A model generated the notes under the pieces. It was not told the origin of the DNA. It did not search any database and was given only the letters and a program-made list of their open reading frames with translations. 64,000 bases of DNA. It comes from Spirochaetia bacterium. Its GTDB lineage: Bacteria > Spirochaetota > Spirochaetia > CADAEX01. Position numbers and translations under genes: made by a program. Every line of letters begins with the position of its first letter. The stretch's first letter is position 1. Below are positions 58,302-64,000 of this stretch, one piece after another. Where the stretch lies: assembly GCA_045606105.1 (NCBI GenBank), contig JAZURI010000002.1, positions 266,823-330,822 of the forward strand, written 5' to 3'.

Positions 58302-59870
58302 TCAATTCCAAAAAAAATCATTATCACCGTAACGTCTCATCTGTATTGCTTCCAGAAAGAAATCCTTCCTGATTACAAGCTCAGGCTCACCGGCAATATC
58401 TGCCAGAGTCCTTGCAAGCTTCAATACGGAATGACAGGCTCTTGTAGAAAGGGAAAATTTTTTTACAGCCTTGGCCATCAGTTCCTGCCCCTCCCGGTCA
58501 GGCTGTATGAACCGACCTATTTTTCCGGGCGGAATCTCCGAATTGAAGGTTATGCCGGTATCCTTAAACCTTTCCTTCTGTATGGATACTGCATCGGAAA
58601 CAATTTTCCGCATCATGAGACTGGTAACAGCCTGTTTATTTTCCGATTCATCCTCGTCCCCGGAACCGGGAAGCATCTCTTCAGAGGAAAGCGGCTTAAC
58701 CGGAACCCTTATATCGATCCGGTCCAGCAGAGCACCCCCTATCTTTTTCCAATAGGCACTGACCTCTGCATTTGTACACATGCATACACTGTCTGCTTTT
58801 CCCCGGTTTCCGCAGGGGCAGGGATTTGTGGTAAAGACAAGCTGGAAATTGGCCGGATACCAGTAAACACGCCCGGCCCTGGCCAGATCCACCCTATGTC
58901 TTTCAACCGGCTCCCGGAGGCTCTGCAGTACATTTTTCCTGAATTCAGGTGCCTCATCCAGAAAAAGGATGCCGTTGTGGGCCAGGGAAATTTCACCGGG
59001 TCTCAACAGACGGCCGCCCCCTATTATACCCTCCAGTGATGCGGTATGATGAGGCATCCTCAGGGGAGGTCTCCGTACAAGGCCGGAACAGGGCCGGAGA
59101 ATTCCGGCAACAGAATGGATTCTGGTGGTCTCGATTGATTTTTCATAATCAAGATCATCAAGCAGCGTAACAAGTCTCAGGGCCGACATGGTCTTTCCGC
59201 TTCCGGGAGGTCCGAAAAGCATGATATTATGACGACCTGCAGCTGCAGTAAGAAGTGCTTTTTTAAGATAAGACTGACCTCTGATATCAGAAATATCACC
59301 ATAGATTTCAATATCATCGGGAGGAATATCCAGCTCAGGTGCAGAAACCCTGATTCTTTCCCGTCGTATGAGCCTGTTCAGGGTATCAACAGCATCAGAA
59401 AGAGTGCTGCAGGGAAAAATGTTATCTGCCTGGGAAGAACAGGCTTCGCGATAATTATCCTCAGGAACAATAAAGAAATCCACACCTGCATTTCTTCCTG
59501 CAATGACTGAAGAAAGAATACCCTTTACAGAACGAAGCCGGCCGGAAAGCTCAAGTTCTCCCAAAACCATAACCTTGAAATCATTTGGAAGAATAGTTCC
59601 GAACTGATAAAGAATAGCCACAGCCACGGAGAGATCAAAATAAGCTCCCTCTTTTCTGACTCCGGCAGGGGCAAGATTTACTGCAATTCGTCCTCTTGGA
59701 AATTCAAGACCTGAATTCTTTACGGCAATACGAACCCGGTCGGCAGATTCCTTTATGGAAACATCGGCCATACCTACAATATCTATCCCCGGAATACCCA
59801 TGCGAAGGTCTGCTTCAACATAGACAATATCACCGTCATATCCACCATGACAATAATTCAAAACAAACAT
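58302..59870 (-). CDS. comM: YifB/ComM Mg-chelatase-like AAA ATPase
   Basis: VNLAPA..RKEG..FDL, GPPGSGKTM, R.PHHT.S..G..GGG....PGEISLAHNG.LFLDE, NPCPCG and LLDRID; SD GGAGG before ATG 59870. Confidence 0.93.
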   Translation of the reverse strand: MFVLNYCHGGYDGDIVYVEADLRMGIPGIDIVGMADVSIKESADRVRIAVKNSGLEFPRGRIAVNLAPAGVRKEGAYFDLSVAVAILYQFGTILPNDFKVMVLGELELSGRLRSVKGILSSVIAGRNAGVDFFIVPEDNYREACSSQADNIFPCSTLSDAVDTLNRLIRRERIRVSAPELDIPPDDIEIYGDISDIRGQSYLKKALLTAAAGRHNIMLFGPPGSGKTMSALRLVTLLDDLDYEKSIETTRIHSVAGILRPCSGLVRRPPLRMPHHTASLEGIIGGGRLLRPGEISLAHNGILFLDEAPEFRKNVLQSLREPVERHRVDLARAGRVYWYPANFQLVFTTNPCPCGNRGKADSVCMCTNAEVSAYWKKIGGALLDRIDIRVPVKPLSSEEMLPGSGDEDESENKQAVTSLMMRKIVSDAVSIQKERFKDTGITFNSEIPPGKIGRFIQPDREGQELMAKAVKKFSLSTRACHSVLKLARTLADIAGEPELVIRKDFFLEAIQMRRYGDNDFFWN

Positions 59871-59943
59871 AAGTCCTCCGATGGATATAAACATAAAAAA
59901 TGGGAATTTGCTTCAGGAAAGGAAGAAGAAAGAAAAATAAAAA

Positions 59944-60055
<112 letters not shown>

Positions 60056-60127
60056 GAATTTTGCTTGATAAAACATTCTGCACCTTACAGAATGCTTTGT
60101 CAAGCAGAAGGGTTAGAAAAATAATAT

Positions 60128-63103
<2,976 letters not shown>

Positions 63104-63179
63104 ATATTATTTTTATAACCCTTCTCTATATCATCATCCCTTTTTCAAAGGATAATAATCTATTTGTAAAAAAACAGAC

Positions 63180-63253
63180 TGGGCTTGAAAAGACTTGAAC
63201 TTTTGACCCCTGCCTTATCAGAGCAGTGCTCTAACCAACTGAGCTACAAGCCC
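63180..63253 (-). tRNA. tRNA-Ile(GAT) in the 16S-23S spacer, CCA not encoded
   Basis: GGGCTTGTAGCTCAGTTGGTTAGAGCACTGCTCTGATAAGGCAGGGGTCAAAAGTTCAAGTCTTTTCAAGCCCA. Confidence 0.95.
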
Positions 63254-63335
63254 GAAATATAAAAAAGAAAGAGATAAAGTCTAAAGCAGAATGGTCAGGG
63301 TATAGTCAAACCCTCTTATGTGTTTCCTTTCTCTC

Positions 63336-64000
<665 letters not shown>

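Noticed and set aside
58302-59870. Mobile-element insertion in comM or next to the tRNAs (common integration hotspots)
   Set aside because: comM is uninterrupted, and no integrase, att-like duplication or foreign gene block flanks either tRNA

Overview
This 64 kb window is core chromosome from a diderm spirochaete, most likely Spirochaetales. The placement rests on gene order (spoVG-tRNA-Gln-rplY-pth-tilS; obgE-nadD-yqeK-LCP-rsfS), an 895-aa GreA, a NusA with a zinc-ribbon tail, and the PAP2-rnfCDGEAB-GH57 arrangement. It is densely coding, mostly on the minus strand. It holds translation and transcription genes (rimP-nusA-infB-rbfA-truB-ribF-rpsO-pnp), envelope genes (lptFG, murJ, glmS), a complete Rnf complex, recA/comF/comM, ptsI/der, two tRNAs and the 3' part of an rRNA operon (16S partial-tRNA-Ile-23S-5S). 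I saw no transposase, integrase, prophage, CRISPR array or defence island, and I cannot claim a clearly new system. The best leads are: (1) a coupled 4-gene operon of a non-canonical HisD paralog, FolC, an RqcH/NFACT with an altered tRNA-reading motif and a degenerate MEMO protein; (2) an 80-aa hyper-acidic ORF with its own promoter, divergent from spoVG; (3) a Tudor/CarD-like segment inside the giant GreA, coupled to a TPR gene; (4) several apparent pseudo-enzymes (LCP, GH57, MEMO); (5) several probable leaderless genes; (6) a palindromic, bidirectional promoter-like element between 23S and 5S. All family calls come from motif recognition by eye, not from database searches.
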